This document shows positions 21,102 to 30,913 of a stretch of DNA of 64,000 nucleotides, in pieces; the stretch's first letter is position 1; each line of letters starts with the position of its first letter. The notes under the pieces were generated by a model. The model saw only the letters and a program-made list of their open reading frames with translations, made no database searches and was not told where the DNA came from. The stretch comes from Capsulimonadaceae bacterium (GTDB lineage: Bacteria > Armatimonadota > Armatimonadia > Armatimonadales > Capsulimonadaceae): the NCBI GenBank assembly GCA_965215505.1, contig OZ244065.1, positions 4,480,001-4,544,000 of the forward strand. The letters are read 5' to 3'. Position numbers and translations under genes: made by a program.

Positions 21102-22502
21102 TTATTCTGGAGGCGGGCGGCGTGACGGGCGGCGCGAGGGCCGGGCCGCCGCCTCGGCGCGCATCTTTGTCAGGCGCGGCAGGGCGAAGAACTGCACATA
21201 GACCCACCAGGCCACGCCGATCCCCCCCAACAGCAAGCCCGCGCCCCAGAACTCGACGCCGGGCTGGGCGAACACCCCAACACCCATCGCGACGAAAATC
21301 AGGGCGGTCAGGCCGGGCAAGGCCAGGCCGCCCGTCATGCGAAAGGGCCGCGCCCGGTCACGGTCTTTGAGGCGCAGCGCGATGACGCAGGCCGCAGCGA
21401 AGGCATAGATGAACGCCTCGGTCCCCGCCGCCAAATTGACCAGCAGGATGAACTTCTGCGTCCAGTAGACGAGGGCCGAGACCAGCAGCGCGATCCCATA
21501 GACCACCAGAACCGCCCGGTCCGGCGTGCTGAACCGCTGGGAGATGTTCGCCAGCCCCTTCGGCAGCACCTGGTCGCGTGCCATGCCGTAGAGGAACCGG
21601 CTGATGCTCATCAGGCCCGCGTTGAAGGTCGTCAAGGACATGCACAGGCTCGTCCCGATCATGCACCAGCGCCCGGCGGGGCCGAGCGCGGCAAGGGCGA
21701 AGACGAGGTGCGGGACCGGGACTCGGGCGCTTGGCGTCCCGAACAAAGCTGGGCGGCCTTCATGGGGCAGGGCGGCGAACATGGCCGTCGAGAGCAGCGC
21801 GTAGACCAGGACCAGCAGGACGACTGCGATGAACATGCCGACGGGGATGGCCCGCGCCGACTTGACCTCGTCGGCCAGCGGCGTCACCCACTCAAACCCG
21901 ACGAACAGGAAGATGGCGACCCCGACCGCCTGGAAGACCGGCCCGACGCCCCCCGTGTGCAGCGGCTGCGGGACCACGAAATGGGCGTGGGAAAGCGCCA
22001 AAATACTCATCGTCACGATGGAGGCCACGACCGAGTAGGTGACGACGTTCTGGAAGGTCCCGGCGATCCTCAGCCCGCCGTAGTTGAAGAGCGTTGCCAG
22101 GGAGAGCATCAGGAATATCCACCAGGGCGGGGAGACGGCGGGCAGGGCGGCGCTCAGGACGTGCGAAAGGACATACGCTTCCGTGCCGACCACGAGTGTC
22201 ACGCCCGACATGTAGGTCAGCGCGACCACGAGGGAGAGCTTTTCGCCGAAGGCGCGGAGGATATAAAGCCGGATGCCGTTGACGCTCGGCCACATCCCGT
22301 TCAGCTCGGAGAAGGCCGCCGCCGCCAGCGTACACAGCCCCCCCGCCAGGAGGATCGCGATCCAGGCGGCGTCCCCGGCGAGGTAACAGGCTACCTGGAC
22401 GACGACGAGGAACGTGGAGGAGGCGAAGGTCAGGCCGGCGCTGGTCGAGACGACGGTCGCCAGGCCGATGCTCCGCTTGAGCTGCGGCCCGGTTACTGCC
22501 AT
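21102..22502 (-). CDS. APC-family amino acid/amine permease
   Basis: About 12 TM segments, FSELNGMWP, FVGFEW, RPFR. Confidence 0.9.
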   Translation of the reverse strand: MAVTGPQLKRSIGLATVVSTSAGLTFASSTFLVVVQVACYLAGDAAWIAILLAGGLCTLAAAAFSELNGMWPSVNGIRLYILRAFGEKLSLVVALTYMSGVTLVVGTEAYVLSHVLSAALPAVSPPWWIFLMLSLATLFNYGGLRIAGTFQNVVTYSVVASIVTMSILALSHAHFVVPQPLHTGGVGPVFQAVGVAIFLFVGFEWVTPLADEVKSARAIPVGMFIAVVLLVLVYALLSTAMFAALPHEGRPALFGTPSARVPVPHLVFALAALGPAGRWCMIGTSLCMSLTTFNAGLMSISRFLYGMARDQVLPKGLANISQRFSTPDRAVLVVYGIALLVSALVYWTQKFILLVNLAAGTEAFIYAFAAACVIALRLKDRDRARPFRMTGGLALPGLTALIFVAMGVGVFAQPGVEFWGAGLLLGGIGVAWWVYVQFFALPRLTKMRAEAAARPSRRPSRRPPPE

Positions 22503-22506
22503 GAGA

Positions 22507-22857
22507 TCACTCCCATAGCATCGCCGTCACGAAGTCGAGCCGGACGATGTCCGCCTCCGGCCCCTGGATACGCAGCGTCCCGGCGTTGTACGGGTCGTTG
22601 GGGGACACCTCGCCGTAGAAGATCTGGGACAGGATCCCCGCCGTGGACTGGAGGGCCAGGTCAGCGGACGTAGGTGCCCCCCGCTGCGCGGTCATCACGC
22701 CGTCCCGCGTGGTCAGCGTCCCTTCCACGCCGATGTCGGCGGCGTGGATGTGCATGGTCCGGTTCCAGTCCTTGATCATCGCCATCAGGCGCGCGTTCTC
22801 GTTGCAGCTCCGGGCGAACGATTCGAGGCTGTCGTACATCTCTTCGGCGGGTGTCAT
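22507..22857 (-). CDS. SCP2 sterol/lipid-binding domain protein
   Basis: 116 aa; IFYGEVSPNDPYNAGTLRIQG resembles the SCP2 C-terminal motif. Confidence 0.7.
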   Translation of the reverse strand: MTPAEEMYDSLESFARSCNENARLMAMIKDWNRTMHIHAADIGVEGTLTTRDGVMTAQRGAPTSADLALQSTAGILSQIFYGEVSPNDPYNAGTLRIQGPEADIVRLDFVTAMLWE

Positions 22858-23792
22858 CGCGCGTCCGTCTCCTTCGATTCCTCGTTCTCGTCAAATAAAT
22901 GGACCGCGCCGTGCCAGCCCAGGCGCTCGGTCCAGTCTTCGTAATCCTGGGGCGTGATCTCGGCCAGCGGTTTCTCCATGAGAGCGACCAGGGCGGCCTC
23001 CATCAGATTGGTGCCGCCCGAAAGGCCGTCCATCTCGGGCGTCGTGGTCGCGACCCAGCGGATGCCGGCCGCCCGGAAGCGCGCCATGCTCTGCGGCCGG
23101 GTCGTGTTGGTGACGATCCCCTTGCCCGCCACTGCCGGGGGCAGGTGACGCAAAATAAGATGGCCGTCGCCTGCGATCACGTCCGCCGCCTCGTAATACT
23201 TGGCATAACGCGGGTCCGCCTCGGGCGCGTCCTGGGCCGCTCCGGTCGGGTAGAGCTGGTGGAAAGGCGTCGTGAGCAGGCGCGAGCGGTACTTCCGGGC
23301 GAGGTCTTCGATCTCGGCGAGTGTCGTCAAGGGGAAGTCCAGGCCGATGTTGAAGATCAGGTCCCCGAAGACGCAGGGGCAGCCCATCCCGACGAACGCC
23401 TCGGCCATGCCGAAGCGGTCCAGGGCGCTGACCATCAGCACCTTCGTCGCGGGGGTGACCAGCCCGCGCGAGGCCAGAGTGCGCACCACGTCCCGCTCCA
23501 GAGTGTTCTTCAGCCCGCTGCCGTCCACGACCGGCGTCCGGGTCGCCGCCTCGGCCAGCCGCAGGCCGTCGCCGATGACGAACCGCTCCCCGTTGACCGA
23601 GAGGTACATGTCAATGCCGCCCAGCCCCAGCGCGTCCACCTGGCCGTCCATCTCCTGGATGCGGGCGCGGGCGCGGGCCATGTCCCCGCCGGTCCCCTCG
23701 CGCGAGAGCCGCACCGTCTGACCCGCCAGCGTGACCTCGCGGACGAAATCCCCGCCCGCCGACCCGAGGCTGACGCTCACCACCTGCTTCAT
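22854..23792 (-). CDS. uncharacterised protein of the family often labelled 'quinate 5-dehydrogenase'
   Basis: VVSVSLGS, DALGLGGID, PVVDGSGLKNTLER, SALDRFGMAE, GTNLMEAAL; function unproven. Confidence 0.7.
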   Translation of the reverse strand: MKQVVSVSLGSAGGDFVREVTLAGQTVRLSREGTGGDMARARARIQEMDGQVDALGLGGIDMYLSVNGERFVIGDGLRLAEAATRTPVVDGSGLKNTLERDVVRTLASRGLVTPATKVLMVSALDRFGMAEAFVGMGCPCVFGDLIFNIGLDFPLTTLAEIEDLARKYRSRLLTTPFHQLYPTGAAQDAPEADPRYAKYYEAADVIAGDGHLILRHLPPAVAGKGIVTNTTRPQSMARFRAAGIRWVATTTPEMDGLSGGTNLMEAALVALMEKPLAEITPQDYEDWTERLGWHGAVHLFDENEESKETDAR

Positions 23793-23905
23793 GCCGTAAT
23801 CATACCTCTTTTTTGCGGGCGGTTGGAACCGCCTCCGTATCCGATTCCGCCCCGATTGGGGTATCTTTAAGGGACTCTAGCGAACTAGAACGGTATCACC
23901 CACCC

Positions 23906-25621
23906 ATGCTATCCCGCTTTCTCTCCTACTACCGGCCCCACCGGGGGCTGTTCCTGCTCGATTTCTGCTGTGCGGTCGTGTCCGGCCTGCTGGAGCTTGC
24001 CTTCCCGCTCGCCGTCAAAATGTTCGTGGACAAGCTGCTGCCGGGCCAGAACTGGGGGCTGATCCTTGGTGCGACGGCGGGCCTGCTCGGGATCTATTTC
24101 CTGAACACGGGCTTGCAGTACATCGTCAACTACTGGGGGCACGTCCTGGGCATCTCGATTGAAACGGAGATGCGGCGCAAGATCTTCGACCACATGCAGA
24201 AGCTCTCGTTCCGGTTCTACGACAACCAGAAGACGGGCCGGCTGGTCGCCCGCGTCACGAAAGACCTGGAGGAAGTGGGCGAGGTGGCCCACCACGGGCC
24301 GGAGGACGCCTTCGTCGCCGTGATGACCTTCCTCGGCTCGTTCGGGCTGATGGTTTCGCTGAACCTCAAGCTCGCCCTGATCACCGGGCTGGTCGTGCCG
24401 CCCATGATGTGGATCTCGACCCGCTACGGGCGGGCGATGACGCAGACCATGCGGACGCTGTTCGGGCGCGTCGGGGACTTCAACGCCCGGATCGAGGAGA
24501 ACGTCGGCGGCATCCGCGTGGTCCAGGCGTTCGCCAATGAGGACCACGAGCGCGCCCTGTTCGCGGTGGACAACGGGAAGTACCGCGAAACCAAGCTGAA
24601 CGCCTACCTGCTCATGTCCAAGAGCATGTCCCTGAGCTACATGACCATGCGGATCGTGACGATGTTCGTGATGCTCGCGGGTGCCTACTTCGTCCTGCAC
24701 CACGCTCTCTCCGTGGGCGGGTTCATGGGTTTCCTGCTCCTGGTGAACGTCTTCTTCCGGCCCGTCGAGAAGATCAACGCCGTGCTGGAGTCGTACCCCA
24801 AGGGGATCGCGGGCTTCAAACGCTACACGGAGCTTCTGGACACCGAGCCGGACATCGCCGACGCGCCCGATGCCGTGGACGTCGGGCACCTGCGCGGCGC
24901 GATCCGGTTCGAGGGCGTGACCTTCGGCTACGACCGCCACAAGACCGTGCTGCGCGACATCGACCTGTCCATCCGCCCCGGCGAGACGATCGCCTTCGTC
25001 GGCCCGAGCGGCGCGGGCAAGACGACCCTCTGCTCCCTCCTGCCGCGCTTCTATGACCTGGACTCGGGGCGGATCACGATTGACGGCGTGGACATCCGGC
25101 ACATGACACTGGCCTCCCTGCGGCGCAACATCGGCATCGTCCAGCAGGACGTGTTCCTGTTCGCGGGCACGGTCCGGGAGAACATCGCCTACGGCCGCCT
25201 GGGCGCGAGCGACGCCGACATCTGGGAGGCGGCCCGGCGGGCGCGGCTGGGCGAGATGATCCAGGGCCTCCCGGACGGTCTGGACACCCTGACCGGCGAG
25301 CGCGGCGTGAAGCTGTCCGGCGGGCAGAAGCAGCGCATGGCCATCGCGCGCATGTTCCTGAAGAACCCCCCCATCCTGATCCTCGACGAAGCCACGTCCG
25401 CCCTGGACACCGAAACCGAGCGGGCGATCCAGGCTTCCCTGGCCGAACTCGCCGTGGGCCGCACGACCCTGGTCATCGCGCACCGCCTGGCGACCATCCA
25501 GAACGCCGACCGCATCGTCGTCGTGGACGAGAGCGGGGTCGCCGAGCAGGGCCGCCACGACGACCTGCTCGCCTTCGCCGGGGTCTACCAGCGCCTCCAC
25601 GCCGCCCAGTTCGGGTCGTAG
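23906..25621 (+). CDS. ABC exporter, fused permease/ATPase
   Basis: TM domain plus GPSGAGKT, LSGGQKQR, ILDEATSALD. Confidence 0.95.
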   Translation: MLSRFLSYYRPHRGLFLLDFCCAVVSGLLELAFPLAVKMFVDKLLPGQNWGLILGATAGLLGIYFLNTGLQYIVNYWGHVLGISIETEMRRKIFDHMQKLSFRFYDNQKTGRLVARVTKDLEEVGEVAHHGPEDAFVAVMTFLGSFGLMVSLNLKLALITGLVVPPMMWISTRYGRAMTQTMRTLFGRVGDFNARIEENVGGIRVVQAFANEDHERALFAVDNGKYRETKLNAYLLMSKSMSLSYMTMRIVTMFVMLAGAYFVLHHALSVGGFMGFLLLVNVFFRPVEKINAVLESYPKGIAGFKRYTELLDTEPDIADAPDAVDVGHLRGAIRFEGVTFGYDRHKTVLRDIDLSIRPGETIAFVGPSGAGKTTLCSLLPRFYDLDSGRITIDGVDIRHMTLASLRRNIGIVQQDVFLFAGTVRENIAYGRLGASDADIWEAARRARLGEMIQGLPDGLDTLTGERGVKLSGGQKQRMAIARMFLKNPPILILDEATSALDTETERAIQASLAELAVGRTTLVIAHRLATIQNADRIVVVDESGVAEQGRHDDLLAFAGVYQRLHAAQFGS

Positions 25622-25639
25622 GAGCCTGGAGGGAGTGCC

Positions 25640-26155
25640 ATGACGCTCGTGCTGCGCCCGCTGCGACCCGAAGACATCGCCGAAGTCGCCGCCGCATTCG
25701 CCGCCCTCGGCTGGGGCGGGAAGTTGGAGGCGCAGTACGCGAGGTATCTGGCAGAACACGAGGCCGGAATGCGGGTGACACGCTTCGCGTTCGTCGGCGG
25801 CGTGTTCGCGGGCTACCTGAACGTGCTGTGGCGCTCAAACTACCCGCCGTTCGCCGACGCCCACATTCCCGAGATCAACGACTTCAACGTGATGCCCTCA
25901 GCCCGGCGGCGCGGCATCGGGACGGCCCTCATGGACGAAGCGGAACTGGTGATTGCGACGCGCTCCCCGATCGCGGGGGTCGGCGTGGGCATGGCGGCGG
26001 GCTACGGCCCGGCGCAAAGGCTGTACGTCAAGCGCGGCTACGTCCCCGACGGGCGCGGGCTGAGGACCCACGAGCGGCCCGTTGTTGAGGGTGAAAGCGT
26101 CCGTGTTGACGACGACCTAGTCCTGTATTTCACCAAACAACTGCGGGCGGCGTAA
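25640..26155 (+). CDS. GNAT acetyltransferase
   Basis: RRRGIGTALM motif A; AQRLYVKRGYVPDG. Confidence 0.9.
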   Translation: MTLVLRPLRPEDIAEVAAAFAALGWGGKLEAQYARYLAEHEAGMRVTRFAFVGGVFAGYLNVLWRSNYPPFADAHIPEINDFNVMPSARRRGIGTALMDEAELVIATRSPIAGVGVGMAAGYGPAQRLYVKRGYVPDGRGLRTHERPVVEGESVRVDDDLVLYFTKQLRAA

Positions 26156-26171
26156 GCAAACTCGGAATGCT

Positions 26172-26489
26172 TCAGGCCGCGCTGCCGCCTGCGCCGGGTT
26201 CGTCATCATCGGCGACGACCTCGATCTCGACGGCCTGGTACATCTTGACGGCGAAGCCGTCTTCCATCATGGCCTCGCGGACGCCCAGCGCGATCTCCAG
26301 GTCCTCGCAGACCTCAAAGGCGACGTCCTCGCCCGCCTCGCCGACCACGATGTAAGTCTCTTCGTCCTCCTCGATCTCGTCGCTCTGGTCTACCAGGGTG
26401 AGCGGAACGAGCGGCTTGCGCTCGCCGCCTTTGCCCCCGCCCCCGTTGCTGCCGCCGTTCTTGTTGCCGCCGTTCTTGGTGCCTGCCAT
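26172..26489 (-). CDS. small acidic hypothetical protein
   Basis: AAGGAG RBS; Gly/Asn-rich N-terminus, acidic C-terminus. Confidence 0.65.
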   Translation of the reverse strand: MAGTKNGGNKNGGSNGGGGKGGERKPLVPLTLVDQSDEIEEDEETYIVVGEAGEDVAFEVCEDLEIALGVREAMMEDGFAVKMYQAVEIEVVADDDEPGAGGSAA

Positions 26490-26518
26490 CGGTCGCGTCA
26501 CTCCTTGTGTGTGGTTCG

Positions 26519-27556
26519 TTATTCGGCACCCAGGGGGGTGTCCGGGTCGGTCGTCGCCGTGCGGGACGCGCGCGGGGTCAGTGGTTTTCCTACCGCCCCG
26601 CCCGTCAGCGTCTCGACGACCAGGCGGTTGAAGGCCTGCGCCTGCTCGTCGTGCGGGAGCAGTCCGCTCTTGTCGAAGACGGTCAGCTCGGCGCGGGCGT
26701 TGGCGGCGAGAAACGCCTCGGCGTCGGAGAGCGGCGTCAGCCGCGCCTCCCGGCCCCAGATGATCCGCACGGCCTTCTGCGTCAGTTTGGGGAACGTCTC
26801 CGCCACGCTCAGGTTCAGCAGGCCGCTGAAGAAGGACGGCGGCGCGTTCTGCGAGCCGTACTGGTGGGTCGCCGTCGAGTAGTGGTCGAGCAGGGCGTCG
26901 TCCACATGGGACGGGTCAAAATACGTCTCGTTCATCAAATAGTGGCGCAGGCCCGGCAGTGACGTGATCGCGTTATGGATCGTTGTCCCCAGCAGGGGTG
27001 CATGGGTGAGCGCGTAGACCGCCGCCGTGCGCGCGTCGGGCGCTTTGGCGAGGTGCCGGAAGCCGGTCGGGCAGACCAGTACCAGGCTGTGAACGGCGTC
27101 GGGGAGGTCGGCGGCCACCTGGACGGCATAGGCGCAGGCGAGCGAGGAGGCGACGATGTCGCACGGCTCCTTGACCACTTCACGCAGGAACTGGCCGAGC
27201 TGCTCGACATACTGGGCGGCGGTGTAACGGACGCGCGGCTTGTCCGACAGCCCAAAGCCCAGCCAGTCGGGGGCGTAGACCAGGCCGTGTTCCGAGAGCG
27301 CGTCGAAGTTCTTGCGCCACTCGTAGCCGGACGCGCCCGCATAGATGCCGTGCAGCAGGACGACAGGGCGGCCGCCCTCGGCGGGTTTCCCCTGGCGCGT
27401 GTAGAAGATGTCGCCATACGGGCCGGGCCAGAAGCGGCCTTCGCCGCCGAGCGGGTTGCCGAGCGCCTTGGCCCGGCCAAAGACGGCGTTGTTGGCGGCG
27501 GCCAGGGCGGTCGCCCCCGCGCCGGCCCAGAGCAGCGTCTTGAGGGTCTTGTTCAT
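26519..27556 (-). CDS. alpha/beta hydrolase
   Basis: VLLHGIYAGAS, PDWLGFGLSDKP, ASSL nucleophile elbow, LPHDE. Confidence 0.9.
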   Translation of the reverse strand: MNKTLKTLLWAGAGATALAAANNAVFGRAKALGNPLGGEGRFWPGPYGDIFYTRQGKPAEGGRPVVLLHGIYAGASGYEWRKNFDALSEHGLVYAPDWLGFGLSDKPRVRYTAAQYVEQLGQFLREVVKEPCDIVASSLACAYAVQVAADLPDAVHSLVLVCPTGFRHLAKAPDARTAAVYALTHAPLLGTTIHNAITSLPGLRHYLMNETYFDPSHVDDALLDHYSTATHQYGSQNAPPSFFSGLLNLSVAETFPKLTQKAVRIIWGREARLTPLSDAEAFLAANARAELTVFDKSGLLPHDEQAQAFNRLVVETLTGGAVGKPLTPRASRTATTDPDTPLGAE

Positions 27557-28353
27557 CGGGTGGGGACCTCGCGCGTTGTGATGGGGCTAGTATACCCAAG
27601 AACCCACCCCGGCGCAAGCGCGGCGCTTGCGCCGGGGTGGGTTCCAAAATGCCCCGCCAGAGCGTCCCGGAACGCCCCCGGCCCCGCCCCGTCCCCCGCC
27701 GCCCCCAACGCGGCGAAGCGCCAGTATTCGGTCGCGAAGAAGAGCAGCGGGCGGTCGCCGCCGGTCTGGGCGGCGACGGCGAGGCCCAGACGGAACTCGT
27801 TCCCCTCGGCGGTCGGGCGGCCCGCAGGCATGGCGTAGACGTCCAGCGGCCTGCCGCCGGGGAGCGCGTAAGTGGCGTGGAACAGGGTCGTGAGCGTGGA
27901 GGGTAGGACGGTCTTCCGGTCACGCGCGAGCCGCCGGTAGGGGCCGAGCGTTGGCGGGAAAACGTCATCGAGCGTGGCGGCGGCGACCGGCAGGGTCGTC
28001 AGCGCGGCGGCCGGGGGGACCGCAGGCGCGGCGTGGGTGATGGCGGCAGGCGCGGCGTGGCGGTGACGGCTACGGGCGCCGCTGACGATCAGGACGATCC
28101 CCAGGATCAGCGTGACGAGGGTGATCCCCACAACGGCAAGGCACGCGCCGAAGGACTGCTCTTTGAACCGCTCATCGTCGGCGGCCTTCACCTGCTGGAA
28201 CTCCGGCGATCGCTCCACCTCCGCGCGGGCGGCGGTCAGCTCCTCCGCCGTGGCGTCGTCCACGGTGACCAGGACGGCGAAGCACTCCGGGCAGGTGGTG
28301 GATTTGAGGTTCGGGTACTGCGCGCCGCAGCGCGGGCAGACTTTGGCGGGCAT
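27553..28353 (-). CDS. membrane protein with N-terminal zinc ribbon
   Basis: CPRC...CPEC, one TM helix; leaderless start (TACAAT 6 nt upstream). Confidence 0.7.
   Translation of the reverse strand: MPAKVCPRCGAQYPNLKSTTCPECFAVLVTVDDATAEELTAARAEVERSPEFQQVKAADDERFKEQSFGACLAVVGITLVTLILGIVLIVSGARSRHRHAAPAAITHAAPAVPPAAALTTLPVAAATLDDVFPPTLGPYRRLARDRKTVLPSTLTTLFHATYALPGGRPLDVYAMPAGRPTAEGNEFRLGLAVAAQTGGDRPLLFFATEYWRFAALGAAGDGAGPGAFRDALAGHFGTHPGASAALAPGWVLGYTSPITTREVPTR
27600..27644. repeat. perfect 22-bp inverted repeat
   Basis: GAACCCACCCCGGCGCAAGCGC-G-GCGCTTGCGCCGGGGTGGGTTC. Confidence 0.9.
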
Positions 28354-28397
28354 GGGCCTATTGTACCCCGCCCGGCGTCACAGAACTGCCCTTGATG

Positions 28398-28952
28398 TCA
28401 GGGCTTCAGCGTCTCGCGTCCCGGTTTCCAGTCGGAGGGGCAAAGTCCGCCTGATTGAACGGCTTGCAGGACGCGCAACGTCTCCTCCACACTGCGCCCA
28501 ACATTAAGGTTGTTGATCGTTGCGTGTTGAACGATGCCCTCAGGGTCCACGATGAACAAGCCGCGCAGAGTCAGCCCCGCATTTTCAACCAGAACCCCGT
28601 AGTCCGCCGCGACTTGGTGTGTTCGGTCAGCCAGGAGCGGAAAGCGGAGGCCGGAAATGCCGTTCGCCTCGCGTGGGATTGCTACCCATGCTTTGTGACA
28701 ATGCTCACTGTCGGTACTGGCCCCAAGGATATCACAGTCCAGTTCCAGGAACTCGTCAGCCCGGTCCGAGAGCGCCGTGATCTCCGTGGGGCAGATGTGC
28801 GTGAAGTCCGAGGGATACCAGAACAGCACCAGCCACCGGCCCACATAGTCGCTGAGGCTGATGGAGCGGAACGGCGCAAGTGGGGGAAGGGTAGGGTCGT
28901 AGGCTTGCGCCGTGAAAGGAGCGGCGGGCTGACCGACTTGAAGGCTGGTCAT
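28398..28952 (-). CDS. 2-Cys peroxiredoxin (AhpC/Prx1 type)
   Basis: YPSDFTHICPTE, LRGLFIVDP, GRSVEETLR, GLCPSDW. Confidence 0.93.
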   Translation of the reverse strand: MTSLQVGQPAAPFTAQAYDPTLPPLAPFRSISLSDYVGRWLVLFWYPSDFTHICPTEITALSDRADEFLELDCDILGASTDSEHCHKAWVAIPREANGISGLRFPLLADRTHQVAADYGVLVENAGLTLRGLFIVDPEGIVQHATINNLNVGRSVEETLRVLQAVQSGGLCPSDWKPGRETLKP

Positions 28953-28999
28953 GGTAATGTGGCTTCCTCTCAGACGTGGTGACGTATCAACAACAGCCA

Positions 29000-29692
29000 C
29001 TACGGGTACTCAGGCGCTTCATAGGAGAACAGCCCCGTCAAATCAAATGAAGACCCCGAAAGGCTCTTCACATGTCCATCCGCCATCAAGACATTGTAAC
29101 GGCGGTAAGGAGACTCCTTTTCCCCATGCCAGGCACCACAGCCATCGTAAAATAGCGGAATCTCGGACGGCCCATATTCCGGGTAGTGTTCCGCCGCGAT
29201 GTCATAAAGGTTGTAGGCTGTTAGACTCGACACCGTGGCGTGTGCTAAAACAATTTTTGTTGTGTAGTAGTAGCTGGTGCCGAAAGTCTCAAAAGAACTG
29301 TTCCTTGCATCCAGCGGATAATAAGAAAACAGATCGAAACTCGAAAATCCCGCGTCTGACGGACATCTCCAAGCATTCGGAGAGTTGACATACGGCTGCA
29401 ATACGACGTTGATTGGCTTCATCTGAGAGACGAGAAGCCAGTCTTCCCCGCCCACGGTCTGCCAGTAGTTTGTTTTTAGATCAAACGGATCGCCACCAAG
29501 GGGGTAAAAGTCGTCATTGTCTTGGGAATACAGGCTGCAAGCCATCCCCAGGTTCCGGAGGTTCGATAGGCAAGCCGTGCGCCGCCCTGCTTCTCTGACG
29601 GACTGAAACACCGGGAAAATCATTGCGGCTAGAATAGAGACGATCCCTATTACTATCAGCAACTCGACAAGAGTGAACCCTTTTCGTTTCAT
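29000..29692 (-). CDS. prepilin-type N-methylation / DUF1559 (H-X9-DG) protein
   Basis: KGFTLVELLIV...FPVF...CLSNLRNLG; WRCPSD; H...NVLMADGHVK. Confidence 0.9.
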   Translation of the reverse strand: MKRKGFTLVELLIVIGIVSILAAMIFPVFQSVREAGRRTACLSNLRNLGMACSLYSQDNDDFYPLGGDPFDLKTNYWQTVGGEDWLLVSQMKPINVVLQPYVNSPNAWRCPSDAGFSSFDLFSYYPLDARNSSFETFGTSYYYTTKIVLAHATVSSLTAYNLYDIAAEHYPEYGPSEIPLFYDGCGAWHGEKESPYRRYNVLMADGHVKSLSGSSFDLTGLFSYEAPEYP

Positions 29693-29696
29693 GACC

Positions 29697-30149
29697 TTAA
29701 TCCTGTTGCATCAGTCTTTTCAACGAGTTCTCCGCCGTCTTCAAGCCAAGCCCGCCTGCGGCTCGGCTACGCAGTTTTCCGGCGGCATCAAAGAGAAAAT
29801 AGCTCGGCCAAAGCCCTGATGTTTGGAAGCGGTCCCCAATCGTGTGATCATTGTCTATGGCGCAGGGACCATTAATCCCTAGCTCTTCCGCGACCACTTT
29901 CACCTTCGCTATCTCTGTGTCCTCTGGGGAACGGGGCTGATGTATCGAAACCAAATACAATCCTTGCTCCCGGTATGCCGCCAATAGTTCTTTGAGCCGA
30001 GGCATGTTCATTTTGCAGATCGGGCAAGAGATAGCCCAAAACTGAAACAGTGTCGGGCGCTCAATTAGGTCTTGACTCGCCACACTACGATTCAGCCACT
30101 CCGTTGCTCCTTCCAGTGAAGGAATTGATGTACCAACTTGCAAAGCCAA
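29697..30149 (-). CDS. thioredoxin-fold redoxin (TlpA-like)
   Basis: FWAISCPIC, SIHQPR, WPSYFLFD; TTG start. Confidence 0.88.
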   Translation of the reverse strand: MALQVGTSIPSLEGATEWLNRSVASQDLIERPTLFQFWAISCPICKMNMPRLKELLAAYREQGLYLVSIHQPRSPEDTEIAKVKVVAEELGINGPCAIDNDHTIGDRFQTSGLWPSYFLFDAAGKLRSRAAGGLGLKTAENSLKRLMQQD

Positions 30150-30170
30150 AACCGCTCTCCACTGAAAGAC

Positions 30171-30797
30171 TCATTGCGAACTGATATGCTTGATCGCGCT
30201 CGCGGCCCTGCGGCGAACCACAACGTCAGTATCGTTCAATAAAGGCGTCAGGTATGGGAGCGCTCGTGTATCCTTCAACTGGTTGAAAACTCCCATAGAC
30301 CGTAATTTGTCTGTTCTGTTTGAATGCATTATGAACGTTGCCATGGTCTGAAATACCACTTCTTTTTGAGAGGGTGTATAGCTCTTGACTTCCTGCAACG
30401 CCTCAAAGAAATTTGCCCGCCTGATGGATGAGACAGTAACATCTTGGCTGGGTCCTGGGCTTTTCAACATCTGAATGAGCCAGTTCAAATCTGTGTCAGA
30501 GATAGTGCCGTTCTTCGCGCTTTCTAGAATATGTCCCCTCTTAACGTAGTCATCTTTATACATCACCCCTTCACTCTCGTTGATCTTGGCTTGTTCAGCA
30601 GGAGGCATATCCGAAAAATTGACTGGGTGGCGATGTAGAGATTGCACTGAGACATGGTTACTGCGGAGGGTAAGCAGGCCAAACACGACACAGAGGGCGA
30701 TAAAACCAATTAGTAGAATTGCCGGCCTTGAAATTTTCAATGCAAAAGTCCTCGACGCCCAGGCAGTCATGAAACTGATGTCACACGGGCTTTCCAT
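30171..30797 (-). CDS. membrane-anchored HEAT-repeat protein
   Basis: N-terminal TM helix; C-terminal DTRALPYLTPLLNDTDVVVRRRAASAI; start uncertain. Confidence 0.75.
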   Translation of the reverse strand: MESPCDISFMTAWASRTFALKISRPAILLIGFIALCVVFGLLTLRSNHVSVQSLHRHPVNFSDMPPAEQAKINESEGVMYKDDYVKRGHILESAKNGTISDTDLNWLIQMLKSPGPSQDVTVSSIRRANFFEALQEVKSYTPSQKEVVFQTMATFIMHSNRTDKLRSMGVFNQLKDTRALPYLTPLLNDTDVVVRRRAASAIKHISSQ

Positions 30798-30913
30798 TCA
30801 GACTGAAATCTGCGTCTTCAACGAAGCAACCGTCCGCCTGCACGGACTGATGAAGTAGATATGGACTCCGGCCCGAATGGAAAGCCTGTGTGACATCAGC
30901 CACCCATATGGCA

